Below, piece after piece: positions 11,860 to 23,995 of a DNA stretch of 64,000 nucleotides. Source of the DNA: Okamejei kenojei (Eukaryota); the NCBI GenBank assembly GCA_035221665.1, contig CM069165.1, positions 24,366,001-24,430,000 of the forward strand, in the 5' to 3' direction. The notes beneath the pieces were generated by a model. The model did no database searches and was not told the origin of the DNA. It was given only the letters and a program-made list of their open reading frames with translations. Made by a program: the position numbers and the translations under genes. Positions within the stretch are counted from its first letter, which is position 1. Each line of letters opens with the position of its first letter.

Positions 11860-12512
11860 GAGACGCAAGGAACTGCAGACGCTGAAAACTTGAGCAAAAC
11901 ACAAAGCACTGGAGGAAGTCAACAAGTCAGGCAGCATCTGCGGAAGGGATGGACAGTTTGAAGAAGGGTCCCAACCCAGAACTGATTATCTTCGGATCAA
12001 TGGAAGAGGGACGTAAATTAACTACGTTCCAAGAAGCTCTCTTTAATTATGGTTTAATAACAGGAAAAACATGTATACTTCAATTTTGGAAAAACGCATC
12101 CACGCCAACGTTCAAAATGTGGATTTCAAATGTCGGAAACGCTACATCTTGAAGAAATGAGATTCCTCCAACCAAAGATTTGGTCTCCTTTTATCGACTT
12201 CTTACAAGCATATGGTGCAACATAACATCACCTTAGAAATTAAATGGTTCAGGACAGGGTGACGGATGGATAAAGATATTAAATAGGTATATCTCTCCTA
12301 ATTTATTTTCTTTCTATTCTCTTTTTTTTTTCAATCTCCTTAGCTTCTTATCTCTGCCTTTTGACTCTCTCACTGTCTGTTTGTACTCTCTTTAAAACGT
12401 TTTTTTTTTTAATTATTAAAAAAAAAAAAAGGTCCCAACCCGAAATGCCACCTCTCCATTCCCCCCACAGATGCTGCCTGACGTGTTGAGTTCCTCCAGC
12501 ACTTTGTGTTTT
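11860..12512. mobile_element. Penelope-derived inverted element interrupted by an L1 3' fragment
   Basis: Family units at 11860-11977 and 12431-12512 join seamlessly once the insert and one GGTCCCAACCC copy are removed. Confidence 0.75.
11978..12430 (+). mobile_element. 5'-truncated L1-clade LINE (ORF2 C-terminus, 3' UTR, poly-A)
   Basis: Translation ELIIFG...FNYGLITGKTCILQFWK...PTFKMW...ETLHLEEMRF...IWSPFIDFL parallels the L1 at 62110-62400. Poly-A at 12418-12430; TSD GGTCCCAACCC at 11967-11977 and 12431-12441. Confidence 0.85.
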
Positions 12513-12878
12513 GGATTATTCATGTGTTCTTCATGTGATCTTCATGTGATCATCATCCTCCCTCCGATCCACTCTGGATATCTCCAACTTATCTCCTCTC
12601 TTGGGTGGACTATGTAGCCACCCAAGTAATATTTGGATTACAGAATTACCAAACTAAACCTACGGGTCCCGTCTTTCTGCTATGTCTGGTACATTTGGCT
12701 ATTTCTGATTATTATCTCTAATGAATCCAATTAGTTAATACTGATATTTGTGATGTGTGGAGATCTTGGAAATAAGCCATGGAGGACAAGCTGTTTGGTA
12801 TGAATGGCTGAAAACAGACATATATACCATAGCCTTGCCTTTTTTGTTTGTATACTAGACACACCTCAATGGCACGAT

Positions 12879-13024
12879 GGACTCAAAAAGCTGGAATAAT
12901 TCAGCGGGTCAGACAACATCTTTGGAGAAATGGGATAGGTCTGGTGCTGTCTGACCTGCTGAGTTACTCCAGCTATTTGCGTCTATCTTTGGTTTAAACC
13001 AGCATCTGCAGTTCCTTCCTACAC
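12879..13024. mobile_element. Penelope-derived inverted element with central deletion
   Basis: Reverse and forward family units, hammerhead region missing. Confidence 0.7.
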
Positions 13025-13149
13025 TTAATGGCATGATAAAATGCTTTCTAAAATGGATGTAACCTTCCCCTCACTGTTCTATTTGAAAACAGAGCACGCC
13101 ATTCCTGTATGCAGCCAGACGTGGGCAATATGGAGGGATGACTACTAAG

Positions 13150-14290
13150 TGACAAATCTTATTCTCACCTCTCAGGTCTCAGGCAATGGTAATTCCCAAC
13201 AAGAAAATAGGTTAATGACATTCCAGTCATATAATGTTGACAATAAGTGGTATGATGTGTGTCACCATCAACATCTTGGGAAAGCCCATTGATCAGAATT
13301 TAACTGGAAGGTGGTTGTAAATACAGGAATAAGGGGTTGGCTATCCAGTGGTAAATTCTCCCAAGCTTTTGCACAATCTAAGAGGTATAAACCAGGAGTG
13401 TGATTGAGTCTCATCTCTTCGATGTCTGGCTGCAGCTCCCATGGTGTATAAACAAACTTGAGATCATCGAGGGTAAAGCAGCGCCTATGATGTTTACTCC
13501 ATCCACTATTCCGTCATTTCATTATGGTGAGACACAACTTGCTATAGTGACTCAGTGGGACAGACAGCATCTCTGGAGAGAAGGAATGGGTGACGTTTCG
13601 GGTCTGAATATGAGTGTCGGCCTGAAACGTCACCCATTCCTTCTCTCCAGAGATGCTGTCTGTCCCACTGAGTTACTCCAGCATTTCGTGTCTACCTTCG
13701 ATCTCAACCAGCATCTGCAGTTCTTTCCTCCACACTTCATTATGGCTGTAGTGTGTATGGAGTATACCAACATGCGATTAAATGTCCACTGGAATAAAAG
13801 AATGCAATATCCATAATGAAATCAATTCAATATTCATATGCATATTCAATATCCCCAAGATGCATCTACAGCATTTTGGTGACAATTTACCCAATACTGC
13901 AGCTGCTGGAGTTACTGCCTCAGAATTCCAGCAACCCAGTTACATCCACCGAGGCAGTGGTACGTTTTCCCAAGCAATTCCACAATATAAGAGGTACAAA
14001 CCAGGAGTGGAATTGAGTCTCATCTATTTGATGTCTGCCTGCAGCTCCAAGAGTGTCTAAACAAACTTGTGATCATCCAGGGTAAAGCAGCCCCTTTGAT
14101 TGTTGCTCCATCTACCATTCGGTCACTGCATCAAAGGTACATTCTGGCTGTCGCGCGTACAATCTGCAGAATGTACTGCAACTTTGACAAGACCTCCCAA
14201 CTAATGACGTCTTGTCTCTGCGAGAGGGACAACAGGCACATGGGAATATCACCATCTGTACAATCCCTCCAATTCACACACCATCCTGTT
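13150..14290 (+). mobile_element. Old degenerate CR1/L2-group LINE remnant with an internal duplication
   Basis: Decayed motifs such as KLEIIEGKAA / IIQGKAAPLI..SLHQR..VA..TICRMYC. Segment 13360-13516 is repeated at 13969-14125. A related remnant lies at about 2780-3018. Confidence 0.5.
13528..13735. mobile_element. Penelope-derived inverted element with 10 bp TSD
   Basis: About 49 bp perfect inverted arms (CTCAGTGGGACAGACAGCATCTCTGGAGAGAAGGAATGGGTGACGTTTC and its reverse complement). TTCATTATGG duplicated at 13518-13527 and 13736-13745. Confidence 0.85.
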
Positions 14291-14489
14291 TATAACCACA
14301 GAGCTGTCACAGAAAAATTAAAAATTAAAACGTTTCAGATGGTGGGAATCTCAAATCAAAACAACATGTTGGAAATACTCGGGCAACATAAGTGGAGATA
14401 GAAACAGTGTTAAGGTTTCAGGTCAGGAACTGAGCATTATAATAACAGTCCAACAGAAACAATATACACTGAACTTTTTTTGTTTTTTA

Positions 14490-14735
14490 TAGGTTTTATA
14501 GATAGCTATGCTTACAAATCTGCTGTGCTGTCGCAAGTAAGAATGTCATTGTTCTGTTTTGGGCATTGTGACAGTAAAACACTTGACGACTGCATGGCCC
14601 ACAGGTTATGTCAATGATCAAACACCCAATTACAATAAACTTGTCCTCTTCATCCCGCATTCCCGGCAACTCTCCCACACACTGGGGGCAATTTACAGTG
14701 ACCAATAACCCAATCAGCCTGGAGATCTTTGGGAT
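14490..14735. mobile_element. Rex1-type 3' UTR end (+) followed by a partial V-SINE (-)
   Basis: GCAAGTAAGAATGTCATTGTTCTGTTTTGGGCATTGTGACAGTAAAAC, then GGGGGCAATTTACAGTGACCAATAACC...TCTTTGGGAT. Confidence 0.55.
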
Positions 14736-15008
14736 ATTCTCTGGAGTAAATGGATAGGTGATGTTTTGGGTTCGGGACCATTCTTAAGAACTGCAGATGC
14801 TGGTTTACCAAGGAAAGACACAAAATGCTGGAGTAACTCAGTGGGTCAGGCGGCATCTGTGGAGAACATGAATAGATGATGTTTTCTAGTCAGGACCCTT
14901 CTTCTGAAGACGTTTGGCTGAAGAAGGGTTCCGACCCAAAACGTCACCTATCCATGTTCTCCAGAGATGCTGTCTGGCCCGTTAAGTAACTCTAGCATTT
15001 GGTGTCTT
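14735..15008. mobile_element. Penelope-derived element, tandem plus inverted units
   Basis: Two reverse units, then a forward unit with CTGAAGAAGGGTTCCGACCCAAAACGTC at 14918. Confidence 0.8.
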
Positions 15009-15349
15009 TACTTTATCAGATTTCTTCAAGTAACTTAGAAATATCAGTTCCAAAGAGCCTTTGGCTTGTTTTTTCCATATGCAGTTTTGAACAAGATAGT
15101 TAGAGCTTATCCATTCCTAAACTTCGAATGCTTCCCAAATTTCAAATAGCATTTAACTTTAAATAGCATTAAAGTTATTGGCTTCCAACATTCAGAGCTT
15201 GCCTATTTAAAATATAGAAAACATAAAACAAAAAAGTAGTGATCATTTTGTTGAATTGGATTCCATCCCAATATTATTTTCAAATTCTTCGTTTGCTTGT
15301 TTGCAACAATATTGCCTCACATTCTTTAACCTTTGCTCAAACATTCTTT

Positions 15350-15480
15350 AGAGCTCTTAAAGAGAGCGAAGTCAAGGGATATGGGGAGAAGGCAGGAACA
15401 GGGTGCTGATTGTGGATCAACCATGATCGCATTGAATGGCGGTGCTGGCTCAAAGGGCCGAATGGCCTACTCCTGCACAT
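15350..15480 (+). mobile_element. CR1 3' end
   Basis: AGAGCTCTTAAAG...GGGGAGAAGGCAGGAAC...GAATGGCGGTGCTGGCTCAAAGGGCCGAATGGCCTACTCCTGCAC. Confidence 0.8.
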
Positions 15481-16459
15481 ATGTCTAGTTTAATGAGTTA
15501 CAAAGCACTTTTAACTTGCATCCTGAATTTGAAAGCTCCTGATTCCTGACTAGCTGATGTGAAGTCAATTTTTATCCAATTCTCAAATGAAAATCATACC
15601 ATACTTTTATGCCACTTGAGTCATTTATGTGACTTTACAGCATTTTAATCTCAGCACTGCAGTAATTGGAGATCATCCAAGAATAGATATTTGAGTTAAT
15701 GCTTTTGTTATTAAAATTCTTCCTTTCCCTTAACCTATTTGCATGATCAGAACTGATAAGAAATCTTCAGGAAAAGATTAGTATGTCTGGTAGTCTATGT
15801 TCCTGTGTATTTGAGCCTAGTTCAGCCAATTCAGGATTGTTGGCATTAATTACTATGGCAGTAGAATACCGAAAAGTCTGCTGCACTGACTCTTGGATTG
15901 GTGCTTAATGAACCAGCCTCAAGGGCTGCAGCAAGACCTCAGAATTCAGTTTTGAAACTTAAAACAGTAAGAATCAAGGGCTATGTGATGGACATTGCAA
16001 AGTGTTCATTTTGTTGTCTGCATCACACCAGTAATTATGGTTGATTCAGTAGACCATGCTTGCAGATCCATTAATATTTCACACTGAACTCAGAAGAGAG
16101 TTGAGGGAAAGAGATCGCATGAAGAACAATGTGAGTAATGTCCAAGTGTTGGATGATCTTTTATTCGTGTAGTGAAAGCTGACAGAAGAGCGAGTCGTGA
16201 GTAGTGGGTAAAAAAAAGCTTCATTTGTGGACTTTGGAATTAAGTTGAATAAAAGGGATCTGTATTATTATCTAAAAAAAATGACTATTACTGAAAATGA
16301 TTTCCATAATTTGCACATGAGCAGTCAAAAGTCGAAATGCAGAATTCTCCATTATAGATGTTCAATTTATTGTGAGCTTCAATATTCCGCACACTATTCT
16401 TGTATTTAAACATGTTTACTCTTGTTGATTGAGTCATAGCCATTGAGCCATAAAGCTTG

Positions 16460-16862
16460 GAAACATAGAAACATAGAAAATAGGTGCATGTGTAGGCCAT
16501 TTGGCCCTTCGAGCCAGCACCACCATTCAAAATGATCATGACTGATCATCCAATATGAGTACCCCGTTCCTGCTTTTTCCCCATATTCATTGATCCGTTA
16601 GCCCTAAGAGCTAATTCTAACGCTCTCTTGAAAACAAGTCCTTCGGCACAACTCGTCCATGTCAACCAAGATGCCCAATTAAGGTCCCATTTGCCCATGT
16701 TCATAACTTCATAAGTGATAGGACCAGAATTAGGCCATTCGGCCCATCAAGTCTACTCTGCCATTCAATCATGGTTGATCTATCTTTTCCTCTTAACCCC
16801 ATTCTCCTGCCTTCTCCCCATAACCCCTGACGCCCGTACAAATCAAGAATGTATCTATCTCT
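16460..16862 (-). mobile_element. Cluster of CR1 3' ends
   Basis: (AACATAGA)n tail then GGCCCTTCGAGCCAGCACC; a second copy has GGCCCATCAAGTCTACTCTGCCATTCAATCATGG. Confidence 0.8.
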
Positions 16863-17123
16863 GTGAACGTGCAACTGTTTGTTAAATGTTGTTGTGGTAC
16901 ATTGATTCACAGTTATTAGCACCAAGTATGTCTGATCTACACACTTGGCTCCAATGACTGTGGTATCAGCTTTGTAGTCCTGAAAATCTAATTGTTGGCT
17001 GGTATTTCCTCCATTTTGTGTTTTTAAAAACTCTAATATTAATTGTTTAATGCCTAATACATTGATGCCCTGCATTTAACCAATTTCCTTTAGATTTCTG
17101 AAAATTAAGTGAAACATATTTTG

Positions 17124-17412
17124 GGCAGCCACAGTGGTGCTCTGGTTGAGTTGCAGCCTTACAGCACTTGCAGCGCGGGGGACTATGTTCGATTCCGACA
17201 ATGGGTGCTGTCTGTACGGAGTTTATACGTTCTCCGCATGTGTTTTCACCGAGATCTTCCGTTTCCTCCCACGCTCCAAAGACGTACAGTTATGTAGGTT
17301 AATTGGCATGGTGTATATGCAAATTGTCCCAAGTGTGTGTAGGATAGTGTTAATGTGTGGCGATCGCTGGGGCGGACTCTGTGGGCCGTGCTGTACCTCT
17401 AAACTAAACTAA
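17124..17412 (+). mobile_element. V-SINE (HE1-like)
   Basis: GTTCGATTCC B-box, GGGTGCTGTCTGTACGGAGTTT, TTTCCTCCCACGCTCCAAAGACGTACAG, (CTAAA)n tail. Confidence 0.85.
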
Positions 17413-18582
17413 AAATAATCTGTTTCCGTAATTTTTACTTCCTGATTCAATATCAGTTTGACCACATGGTTCCTGGATACCAGAAGTCTGAAAGTCACAT
17501 TGGAATTGGTGAAAACACTATTATAGGTCACATTAAGTTTCTGCATTCAGGATTTTTTGAGGTCACTGTGTTTCGATCTATCACCTCTAAACACAGCTTT
17601 GCTCTTTTTCCCTTTTCATTATTTGTGTACGGAATGATAAAGAAATTGCGGTCGTTTTTGAGGAATGTCAGACAACCTTTCAGATTGTGAACTCTTGTGT
17701 TGACTTTGACTTGCAGACAGTGCGCTCCTTCAAAGACCAGAGTCAGTCATGTTCTGCTTTTACAAGAATTCAGTGAGAAACTTGCTGGAGTACTGTTAGT
17801 ATCTGTTTTTTTTTTTAATCCTGGTCTGTTTAATGTTGTCTCATGACATTCCTGGCCAGACATCATTTTAATGGTATGTGCGGTGATAAAGCCAATAAAC
17901 TGTCAGAATGATTGATAATCTGAGCGTTTTAGCAATATGACTTTCCTGTCCTCCTCTATGCCTGAGATGATGGTTTTCAAATTGAATTCTTACAGTGTAT
18001 AGTGTGTTTTTGGATATACTCAAGACCGAGTTTTCTGTTTATGGCGTGGTTAGTGTGGTGAGAGCTTGTTGCAATGAGTAATTTTGAATCCTGTATTGTT
18101 CTTGCTACTAAAACATTTCTTTAAATGAGAACATTGCACTTTTTAAATTCATCGTCCTTTGTTATCCAAATGCAAATAATTTAAGACTTTGTCTTAATAT
18201 GCTAATTCTTATCCCTTGAAACACCAATGATTGGTCTTTTTAAGGACCCCTAATTAGTGCAAAATAATTTAATGTTATGGGTAGGAGCTCTGATAAATCT
18301 AATTGGACAGTTTTTTTTTTAACTCTGCAGTGTTAATTCTAACTTTGCATCAGCAGTAGTTTATAGGGGGTGGGATGAACGATATACCTTTGGGGGATAG
18401 GGGGGAAGGGTAACCGTGTAACTCTCTGAACAAAAGCAAGCTAAATACATGCATTTCACTTGATGAGTTCTCTTTGAATGAGCACATTTGTCCAAACAAA
18501 GCTTGATGTGTTCCTTCAAAATCCAGTGGATGCTTCCTCCTGTGGAAGAAAGTAAAACTGGGAGTCAGTGATTAAAAATAAG

Positions 18583-18870
18583 GAGACATAATGAACTGCA
18601 GACGTTGGAATCTCGAGCAAAAGACAAAGTCCTGGAGATATTCAACGTGTCAGAAAGCATCTGGAGAGCAATGGACATGCATTGTTTCACCTGTATCCAC
18701 CTATCACTTGCCAGAATTATCCCTCACCCAATTCCTCTAGCCTACCCAACACCAGACCTCTCCCCTTCTTCAATCAGTCTGGAGAAGGGTCTCAACTTGA
18801 AATGTTGTCTGTTTATTCCCTTCACAAATGCATGCCTGGCCCACTGTTCCCCCAGCACTTTTTTGTCTTG
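18583..18870. mobile_element. Penelope-derived inverted element, degenerate
   Basis: GAACTGCAGACGTTGGAATC...CAGTCTGGAGAAGGGTCTCAACTTGAAATG. Confidence 0.65.
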
Positions 18871-19271
18871 GTTAAACAATAAAAAAGGCTGCCTGATTAA
18901 GACAAAGTTAAGGATTTTTTTCCTATGAGGGCAGTGAGTCTTTGGGACCTTTCTCAAAAGCTGATGGAAGTGGAGGCCTTGAATATTTTTGAGTATGTGG
19001 TACATTGATTCTTGACAAACATGAGGGTGAAAGACTTCTGTAGCTAGGCTGGAGAGTGGAGTCACAGAGTTGCTGCTCTAATCAACCTGCCTAACCACAC
19101 AACTTTGGGATGTGGTAGGTAACCTGAGCTCGCTGGGCAATCCCATATGATTGCAGGAATAATGTGCACACTCCATGCAGAGCACCCGAGATCAGGATTG
19201 ACCCGTGGTCTCTGATACTGCAAGGCATTGGCTATACTGGCTGTGCCAGTATACTGGTTGCAGCCATTATC

Positions 19272-21345
19272 TTATTAGTGTCGAGAGTGTTTTTATTGTC
19301 ATATGTCCCAGATAGAACAATGAAATTCTACTTACAGCAACTCAACAGAATATGTAAACATAGTACACTGTAAACAATATAATAAACGAGAAAACAAAGG
19401 CCAGTGTGTGCATTTACAGGATACACATACAAATACAGACATATCTATAGATATACAGTCCCCTCCATAATGTTTGGGACAAAGACCCATCATTTATTTA
19501 TTTGCCTCTGTACTCCACAATGTGAGATTTGTAATAGAAAGAAATCGCATGTGGTTAAAGTGCACATTGTCAGATTTTATTAAAGAGTGTTTTTATACAT
19601 TTTGGTTTCACCATGTAGAAATTACAGCTGTGTTTATACATAGTCCCCACCCATTCCAAGGCACCATAATGTTTGGGACACATGGATTTCACAGGTGTTT
19701 GTAATTGCTCAGGTGTGTTTAAATGCCTCCTTAATGCAGGTATAAGAGAGCTCCCAGCACCTTGTCTTTCCTCCAGTCTTTCCATCACCATTGGAAACTT
19801 TTATTGCTGTTTGTCAACATGAGGACGAAATGAAAGTCAAATAAGCCATTATGAGACTGAGAAACAAGAATAAAACTGTTAGAGATATCAGCCAAACCTT
19901 AGGCTTACCAGAATCAACTGTTTGGAACAACATTGAGAAGAAAGAGAGCACTGGTGAGCAAAGGGACTGGCAAGCTAAGGAAGACCTCCACAACTGATGA
20001 CAGAAGAATTCTCTCTATAATAAAGAAAAATCCCCAAACACCTGCCTGACAGTTCAGAAACACTCTTCAGGAGTAAGGTGTGGATTTGTCAATGACCACT
20101 GTCCGCAGAAGACTTCATGAACATAAATACAGAGGCTACACTGCAAGATGCAAACCACTGGTTAACCGCATACCACCTCATCTGTGAAACACGGTGGTGG
20201 GGGTGTTATGGCCTGGGCATGTATGGCTGTTGAAGGTACTGGCTCACTTATCTTCATTGATGATACAACTGCTGATGGTAGTAGCATAATGAATTCTGAA
20301 GTGCATAGACACATCCTAACTGCTCAAGTTCAAACAAATGCCTCAAAACTCATGGTTGGCGTCTCATTCTACGGCAAGACAATGATCCCAAACATACTGC
20401 TGAAGCAACAAAGAAGTCTTTTATAGCTATAAAATGGTCAATTCTTGAGTGCCAAAGTCAATCACCCAGTCTGAACACAATTGAGCAAACCTTTCATATG
20501 CTGAAGAGAAAACTGAAGGGAACTAGCCCCCAAAACAAGCATAAGCTGAAGATGGCTGTAATACAGGCCTAGCAGAGCATCACCAGAGAAGACACCCGGC
20601 AACTGGTGATGTCCATGAATCGCAGACTTCAAGCAGTCATTGCATGCAAAGGATATGCAACAAAATACTAAACATGACTACTTTAATTTACATGACATTG
20701 CTGTGTCCCAAACATATGGTGCCCTGAAATGGGGGGACTATGTAATTTCTACATGGTGAAACCAAAATGTATAAAAATGACCTTTATTAAAATCTGACAA
20801 TGTGCACTCTAGCTACATGTGAGTTTTTGTATTACAAATCTCAAATTGTGGAGTACAGAGGCAAATAAATAAATGATGGGCCTTTGTCACAAACATTATG
20901 GATTTATATAAATAACACATATGCACACATGCGTGCACACAAAAAACAAAGAATAATAGTCTAATAATAACAACAATAGTCTATGGAATTCAGAACTTAT
21001 TTAAGTTTGTAGTGTTTAATAGCCAAATGGCTGTGGAGAAGAAGCTGTTCCTGAACTTGGACGTTACAGGCCCCTGTACCTTCTTCCTGATGGCAGGGGT
21101 GAAATGAGTGTGTGGCCAGGGTGGTGTGGGTCTCTGATTATGCTGGCTGACTTTTTGAGGTAGCAATTCCGGTAAATCCCTTCGATGGTGGGAAGGTCAG
21201 AGCCGGTGATAGACTGGGCAGTGTCCACAACTTTTTGCAGCCTTCACTCCCGGGCGTTCAAGTTGCCGAATCAGGCTGCGATGCAACCAGTCAGTATGCT
21301 CTCTGCTGTACACCTGTAGAGGTTCAAGAGAATCCTCTCTCATAT
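19272..21345 (-). mobile_element. Rex1/Babar LINE 3' part, split by a Tc1 insertion
   Basis: 19272-19453 matches the 3' UTR at 7480-7560, and 21010-21345 matches coding sequence at 7650-7990. Confidence 0.8.
19456..20902 (+). mobile_element. Tc1/mariner DNA transposon (IR/DR type) with a dead transposase
   Basis: TA|CAGT left end; about 230 bp terminal inverted repeats with an internal direct repeat CCATAATGTTTGGGACA (19465-19481, 19664-19680); right tip lost. HTH remnant (KTVRDISQTLGLPESTVWN), VKHGGGGVMAWACM and a PSQSPSLNTIE-like motif, with stops, frameshifts and an internal deletion. Confidence 0.92.
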
Positions 21346-22242
21346 TAAATGGCAGCGCAAGCTTAACGGACAGAATGGCATTTCTTGCTCCTAATTCATA
21401 GGGTTGCATCGGTCTGTTTGACATTAAGAATCTAATGAATATGCAGCAGTATTGATTTCTTCTTCAATGTGTTATTAAATGGCTTAGCAATTGCCTAAAA
21501 AGGCAGAATGATGGGCAGTCAGTAATACCTGTTAATCTGCAGCATGGTGTATTTGGAGTCAAAATGTCATTTTCTTTGGTTTTCTCATTTACAGCTCCCT
21601 CCCAGATTTCAACTTAAAAGCTATTTTTAAATTTAGCATCAATTAAAGTTGTAATTTGTAAAGTGTTAAGTCATTTCTGCACGTAAAATATTGCAAATGA
21701 TAAATGAAGGTTTAACGTCCAAATAATGAAGTCCACTCTGTACAATCTTAATGCAGACACTAACCGTTTATTTTCGAAGGGTCGGTGGAAACATTGACAG
21801 TGTGGTAAATCGAAACATTTGGTTTCAAAGTGAGAAATGAAAAATATTGACTGTGGAATTTGCCTCTTGGTCGGTCTGGATGAGTTGGGCTGAAGGGCCG
21901 GTTTCCGTGTTGTGACTCTATGATTCTGCTTAGTAGGGGGTGCAAATGGGAAATGCAGGACATCTAGTGATTTTGTTTTGAAGCTAACCGCTCAGAAGGG
22001 ATCAGAGGTCTGTGGAGTCTAGTTCATTCAGGGAGTGGAAGAGATGAAAGCAAGAATGCAAAACATTTGGTTAGGCTGAAGCTTATTCCTTTGGGTTTTT
22101 CTCCATGTATAATTGTTTTAAAAATCCTGCCTAAGCCACAACTTGGTCACATGGCCTATTTCTTAGTGTCGGAGATGGGTTTATGAAGCACATGCTGCCC
22201 CCTTGATAACATCAACTTCCTGTCTGCTACTCAATAAAGATC

Positions 22243-23009
22243 ACCAGGGGCGCCAAACGATTGGCAGCCCCACCAACAGTCTGTCTGTTTATTCGTCTTT
22301 TAAAAAATTTTTTTAGTGCGTTTTCAAAGTTTGTGTAAATGTTCTATGGTTTGTTTTATATAAGGGGAGGGGGTCGGGGGAAACTTTATTTTTCAGTTTC
22401 GTACCTTGCTGGAGATGCGAAATACTTTCTGGATCATGTCTCCAGTCGCTCTGCGGCCTACCATCGATGGAGCTGGAGGTCTCCTCAGACTGACCTTGAG
22501 CGCCCCCACGGGGCGTGGACCCCAGAGTCGATCCCTTGCGCGGGATTGCTCCAACCGTGGCCTGCGGACTTTACCATCGAGTTCGCAGTCTCGGGAGAGG
22601 CTAGTCGTGACCTCCAACGAACGTAGAGGCTCGACCAGTCCCGACACGGGGTTCGATCGCCGGTGCGGGCGAGCTGACATCCCCCCGATGCAGGAGCTGA
22701 TCGCCCCAACGCAGAGGGTCCGACCACCGGCTACAGGAGTCAAGATCGTCCCGTCAACGGAGGGCCCGAGGCCCCCGACTGCGGGAGAGCACACAAGCGA
22801 AGACATTGAACTATTTTTTCGCCTTCCATCACAGTGAGGAAAGTGGAGGAGTCACTGTGGTGGATGTTTATGTTAAAATGTGTTTGTGTGTTCTGTTGCT
22901 TTTTATTTGTATGACTGACTTGGCAAATGAAATTCCTTGTATGTTGTAAAACATACTTGGCTAATACAATATTATTGTGATTGTGATTGTATGGTGATTG
23001 TGATTGTGA
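22243..23009 (+). mobile_element. GC/CpG-rich non-autonomous retroelement with (ATTGTG)n tail
   Basis: Sharp GC-rich island; 3' module shared with 47470-47610; simple-repeat tail; no recognisable protein. Confidence 0.65.
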
Positions 23010-23529
23010 AGATGTGTGTTTGGGCTTGCCAGAACTCAGAGTATTGCAATGTGACACGCCTTGAGAATACGGCTTGTGGAATTGATCTGCATGACATTAG
23101 CTGCATAGTGATGTGACAGAGTTGAGATGGTGAATGCTTGTATGTAATGCAGGAGATCAGGACAGACAAAGCTGTTTGCCAAAGATGTTCAGGATGTAGA
23201 TGACGATTTTGGCTAACACGCTTGTGGTTATTTGGGAAGATTAGTAATGGGGCTTCAGGCATTCCAAAAGTAAAGTTATCTGTGAAGTGAACATACAGCT
23301 GCAAGGCAATGATACAGGAACTTGGACATGAATAACAACCTAAAAATTGTGTGATAGTTGGACGAATGGATAGGTCCAGGGTGACCTTTCTGGTCATGGT
23401 TTTGAAGGGACAGATGGTGGATGAAAAGAAAGTCTGTTGTTTCTCCCTTTTTCTATGTCATGGAAGATTGCACCCTTCAAGGAGGTGATTCAGCCACTGA
23501 ATTGATGCCAGGTCTATTAACTCATCAAT

Positions 23530-23677
23530 AAGCCAGTCTTTGGGCTGTGGGATGAGTATGGAGTCCCAGAGGAAACCACACAGTTACAGAGACAGACTCT
23601 ACACACTGAGCGCTTGAGGTCAGGATTGAACCCAGGTCACTGGAGCTGAGGTAGCATCTCCATTAGCTGCTCCACCA
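23530..23677 (-). mobile_element. Partial V-SINE
   Basis: GTCTTTGGGCTGTGGGA...GAGGTCAGGATTGAACCCAGGTCACTGGAGCTG. A similar partial copy lies at 19080-19250. Confidence 0.7.
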
Positions 23678-23995
23678 TCGACCATTTGGGAATATGAATG
23701 ATAGATTGATTAAAAATTAGTGTCAGGAGGTGACCAAGGTAGCAGCAACAGGGTCTCACTTGGGGCAAAGGCATCAGCTGTGTGAAAGGAGATACCTTTG
23801 TGATTCACATCCTTTGACTCCATGGTTCCAATGGACCTCCTCAGAATATGGGTGAAGTGTGTCCAGTTGGATGAAATCAGCTGCAGGGACTGAGCACTCT
23901 GGATTCCCCTTGAATGTTGTGATTCTTTGGCTGTTTCTGTGGATAGCTTTACTCCAAGTTGACAAAAATCCAGGCCTTGATACCGTAACAACGTG

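Noticed and set aside
22339-22837. GC-rich ORFs or a CpG-island promoter exon
   Set aside because: Located inside a repeat with a simple-repeat tail whose 3' module recurs at 47.5 kb. ORFs on both strands reflect GC content.
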